A stretch of 64,000 nt of DNA. It comes from Centroscyllium fabricii (taxonomy: Eukaryota). Every line of letters starts with the position of its first letter. Positions within the stretch are counted from its first letter, which is position 1. Below, piece by piece: positions 60,040 through 64,000 of the stretch. The DNA lies in contig JBNRSN020000002.1 of the NCBI GenBank assembly GCA_051313645.2, positions 7,812,001-7,876,000 on the forward strand, read 5' to 3'. A program made the translations under genes and the position numbers. The notes under the pieces are model-generated. The model searched no databases, was not told where the DNA came from, and was given only the letters and a program-made list of their open reading frames with translations.

Positions 60040-61890
60040 GTGAGAGAGAAAGAGCGAGAGAGGGAGAGAGAGTAAAGAAAGAGTGAGAGAGCGAGAGTGA
60101 GAGAAAGAGAGTGTGAGCGAGCGTGTGAGAGAGTGTGAGTGACAGTGAGTGAGTGAGAGCATGATAGAGTGAGAGTGAGAGATAAAGAGTGAGAGAGTGA
60201 GTGAGATAGAGTGAGATAGAGTGAGATAGAGTGAGATAGAGTGAGATAGAGTGAGATAGAGTGAGATAGAGTGAGAGAGTGAGTGAGAGAGAGTGAGAGA
60301 TAGAGTGAGAGATAGAGTGACAGATAGAGTGAGAGAAAGAGAGTGTGAGTGAGCGTGTGAGAGAGTGTGAGTGACAGTGAGTGAGTGAGAGCATGATAGA
60401 GTGAGAGTGAGAGATAAAGAGTGAGAGAGTGAGTGAGAGTGAGTGAGAGTGAGTGAGATAGAGTGAGATAGAGTGAGATAGAGTGAGATAGAGTGAGAGA
60501 GTGAGTGAGAGAGAGTGAGAGATAGAGTGAGAGATAGAGTGACAGATAGAGTGAGAGAGCGAGTGAGAGAAAGAGAGTGTGAGTGAGCGTGTGAGAGAGT
60601 GTGAGTGACAGTGAGTGAGTGAGAGCATGATAGAGTGAGAGTGAGAGATAAAGAGTGAGAGTGAGTGAGAGTGAGTGAGATAGAGTGAGATAGAGTGAGA
60701 TAGAGTGAGATAGAGTGAGAGAGTGAGTGAGATAGAGTGAGAGAGTGAGTGAGAGAGAGTGAGAGATAGAGTGAGAGAGAGTGTGAGTGAGCGTGTGAGA
60801 GAGTGTGAGTGACAGTGAGTGAGTGAGAGCATGATAGAGTGAGAGATAAAGAGTGAGTGAGAGATAAAGAGTGAGTGAGTGAGAGTGAGTGAGAGAGTGA
60901 GAGTGAGTGAGAGATAGAGTGAGAGATAGTGAGAGAGCGAGAGTGAGAGAGAGTGTGAGTGAGCATGTGAGAGTGAGATAGTGAGAGAGTGTGAGAGTGA
61001 GTGAGAGAGTGAGAGATAGAGTGAGAGAGAGAGAGTAAAGAAAGAGTGAGAGAGCGAGAGTGAGAGAAAGAGAATGTGAGTGAGCATGTGAGAGAGTGTG
61101 AGTGACAGTGAGTGAGTGAGAGCATGATAGAGTGAGAGTGAGAGATAAAGAGTGAGAGCGTGTGAGTGAGATAGAGTGAGAGAGTGAGTGAGAGATAGAG
61201 TGAGAGATAGGGTGAGAGAGCGAGTGAGAGAAAGAGTGTGAGTGAGCGTGTGAGAGAGTGTGAGTGACAGTGAGTGAGTGAGAGCATGATAGAGTGAGAG
61301 ATAAAGAGTGAGTGAGTGAGAGTGAGTGAGAGAGTGAGAGTGAGTGAGAGATAGAGTGAGAGATAGTGAGAGAGCGAGAGTGAGAGAAAGAGTGTGAGTG
61401 AGCATGTGAGAGTGAGATAGTGTGAGAGTGAGTGAGAGAGTGAGAGATAGAGTGAGAGAGAGAGAGTAAAGAAAGAGTGAGAGAGCGAGAGTGAGAGAAA
61501 GAGAATGTGAGTGAGCGTGTGAGAGTGTGAGTGACAGTGAGTGAGTGAGAGCATGATAGAGTGAGAGTGAGAGATAAAGAGTGAGAGAGTGTGAGTGACA
61601 GTGAGTGAGAGATAGAGTGAGAGATAGAGTGAGAGATAGAGTGAGAGATAGGGTGAGAGATAGGGTGAGAGAGAGTGTGAGTGAGCGTGTGAGAGAGTGT
61701 GAGTGAGTGAGAGCATGATAGAATGAGAGTGAGAGAGTGAGAAAGTAAAGAAAGAGTGAGCGAGCGAGTGAGAGAGCGAGAGTGGGAGAGTGAGAGAGAG
61801 TGTGAGTGAGTGTGATAGAGTGAGAGAGAGAGATAGAGAGTGAGAGAGAGATAGAGAGTGAGAAATAGTGAGAGAGAGTGTGAGTGAAAG
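60040..61890. repeat. Complex (GA/GT) low-complexity repeat with higher-order units
   Basis: GAGTGAGA(GA)TA-type units with recurring blocks (gtgacagtgagtgagtgagagcatgatag). Confidence 0.95.
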
Positions 61891-62766
61891 AGGGAGTTGG
61901 AAGGAGGAAGGGGAATTAGAGGGAGGGAAGGAAATGAAGGAAGATTAACATTGGTCAGTTTTTTTTTCTTTATTCCTCTTTGTCTTATCAATTTTCTCCC
62001 CATAATTCCTGAGGACTTTGACTCCACTGCAGCCTCAGAGAGAGCCAGCAGTTATTGCTATCCCTAGCTGCTCTGGGAAGGTGGTGGAAGGCCTTCTACT
62101 GGTTTTGATCCAATTAAGTGGCATGCCAGGACACTTCAGAGGGCAGTTAATGAGACAACCCCACTGGGGTGGGTCTGGAGTCACATACAGGCCAGACAGG
62201 GGAAGGGCGGCAGATTTCCTTCCCACAAAAGACATTCCTGAACCAGATGGGTTTTTACCAAAATCCGACAGCTTTGTGGTCACTTTCTTTTTTTTACTGA
62301 GACCAACTTTTTACTTCCAGAATATAAGTTATTGTAATATGGCAAATGCAACAGCCAAGTGTGCACAGCAAACTCAAGGAGCCCTGAGTGAATCTGTTTT
62401 TGATGCTGTTGGCCGCAGGACGATGTTGGCCAGGAGAAGTTCCCACTTTACTCCAAATAGTCCCATGGGACCCACCGAGTCCATTTGAGAAAGGGACTTG
62501 TTTTCAGCAAAGCAAATCAAGGGCGTTGCCAACAATGAATGGTCAGTTGGGAAGGAAGAATGTGTTGGGGATAGAAAATATCCACATTTATTAAAGAAAT
62601 GGTAAAAATACTTGCACTGCATTGTGTCTCATCATAAAATTGAAACTACAAATATTTCAAAGGCTGAATCGCTTTCAAAGTACAGTAACTGTTACGAGTC
62701 CCGTTCACCTTAGAGGTCCCGAAGCTCTGGAATTCCCTCCCTGAACGCGCTCTCCTCCTTAAAACC

Positions 62767-63156
62767 TGGGCGGCACGGTGGCATAGTGGTTAGCACTGTT
62801 GCCTCACAGCTCTGGAGACCCGGGTTCAAATCCGGCCTCGGGTACTATCTGTGTGGAGTTTGCACATTCTCCCCGTGTCTGCGTGGGTTTCCTCCGGGTG
62901 CTCCGGTTTCCTCCCACAGTCCAAAGATGTGCGGGTTAGGTTGATTGGCCAGGATAAATTGACCCTTCGTGTTCGGGGGATTGAATGTGTGGGGTTACGG
63001 GGATAGGGTGGGATATGTGTCGCAGGCTCGATAGGGATCGAGTGATATGGGGACAATGCAGGGACGGGGTACTGGGTTTGGATGATCAGCCATGATCTCA
63101 TTGAATGGCGGAGCAGGCTCGAATGGTCTACCCCTGCTCCTATCTTCTATGTTTCT
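62767..63156 (+). mobile_element. HE1-like V-SINE
   Basis: Full length. Confidence 0.9.
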
Positions 63157-63369
63157 ACCTCTTTGACTAACCTGTCCCAATATTCCCCTGATGTGGCTCG
63201 GTATCAAATTTTGTTTGACAATCGCTCCTGTGAAGCGCCTTGGGACATTTTACTGCGGTACAAAAGCAAGTTGTTCCTGGTCTAGGGAAACAACCATTCT
63301 CGATCAGCGACACGCCGCAAACAGCAGGGGGGATTAAATCACCAGTTAATCTATTTCTGGTGGCATTGC

Positions 63370-63555
63370 ACGAGGGAGGAATGTTGGCCCGGAGACTGGG
63401 AGAACCGCCCGGCTCTTTTTCAAATAGTGGCCGTGGGATCTTTTCACGTCCACCTGAGAGGTCAGAGGGGGCCTCGGTTTAATGTCTCATCCGAAAGACG
63501 GCACCTCCGACAACGCAGCACTCCCTCAGTGCTGCACTGGAGCGTCAGCCTAGAT
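63370..63555 (-). mobile_element. DeuSINE core fragment
   Basis: Deu-domain sequence. Confidence 0.7.
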
Positions 63556-63589
63556 TCAGGAACCATGTGCTGATTCTTTTGCTATTCGT

Positions 63590-63838
63590 GCCTGGGATGT
63601 GGGCGTCGCTGGCAAGGCCCAGCATTTATTGCCCATCCCGAGTTGCCCCTCGAGAAGGTGGTGGTGAGCCGCCTTCTTGAACCGCTGCAGTCCGTGTGGT
63701 GAAGGTTCTCCCACAGTGCTGTTAGGGAGGGAGTTCCAGGGTTGTGACCCAGCGACGATGAAGGAACGGCCGATATGCTTCCAAATGTGATTTGGGGGGG
63801 GACTTGGAGGTGGTGGTGTTCTCATGTGCCTGCTGCCT
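63590..63838 (-). mobile_element. Second CR1/L2-group LINE 3' end
   Basis: Same 3' UTR as 49700-49960. Another copy lies at 36420-36745. Confidence 0.75.
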
Positions 63839-63841
63839 TAT

Positions 63842-64000
63842 GGGCGGCACGGTGGCATAGTGGTTACCACTGTTGCCTTACAGCACTAGAGACCCAGGTT
63901 CAAATCCAGCCTCGGGTACTATCTGTGTGGAGTTTGCACATTCTCCCCGTGTCTGCGTGGGTTTCCACCGGGTGCTCCGGTTTCCTCCCACAGTCCAAAG
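63842..64000 (+). mobile_element. HE1-like V-SINE, cut by the window end
   Basis: Head and V-domain. Confidence 0.88.

Noticed and set aside
59765-62027. 546-669-aa Ser/Leu/His/Thr ORFs
   Set aside because: Low-complexity repeat translation. Only 59813-60017 is real coding sequence.

Overview
This is vertebrate genomic DNA, almost certainly from a shark: it carries HE1/V-SINEs, HER1/CR1 LINEs and SacSINE1-like DeuSINEs. The only host coding sequence I can support is one 205-nt minus-strand exon of EXOC6B (Sec15B) at 59813-60017, so the rest is best read as long intron. Repeats fill most of it: CR1, Rex1/Babar and RTE-X-like LINE fragments, four SINE lineages, Tigger-, Harbinger- and hAT-type MITEs, a solo LTR, Penelope-like (PLE) fragments, a diverged tRNA-Glu(CTC) gene, a 5.5-kb G-rich minisatellite, a 67-bp satellite and a 1.9-kb (GA/GT) tract. 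The strongest second-look signals are: (1) tiny PLE-derived inserts carrying minimal hammerhead ribozymes, one with a U3-A8 covariant core; (2) a 5S-rRNA-promoter SINE whose 3' tail matches Rex1-type LINEs in the same window; (3) Tigger-like MITEs packed with NRF1 and YY1 motifs; (4) a ~1.95-kb AG-free zone before the EXOC6B acceptor; (5) a perfect DR2 element in unique intronic DNA. Family names come from recalled consensus sequences, not from database searches.
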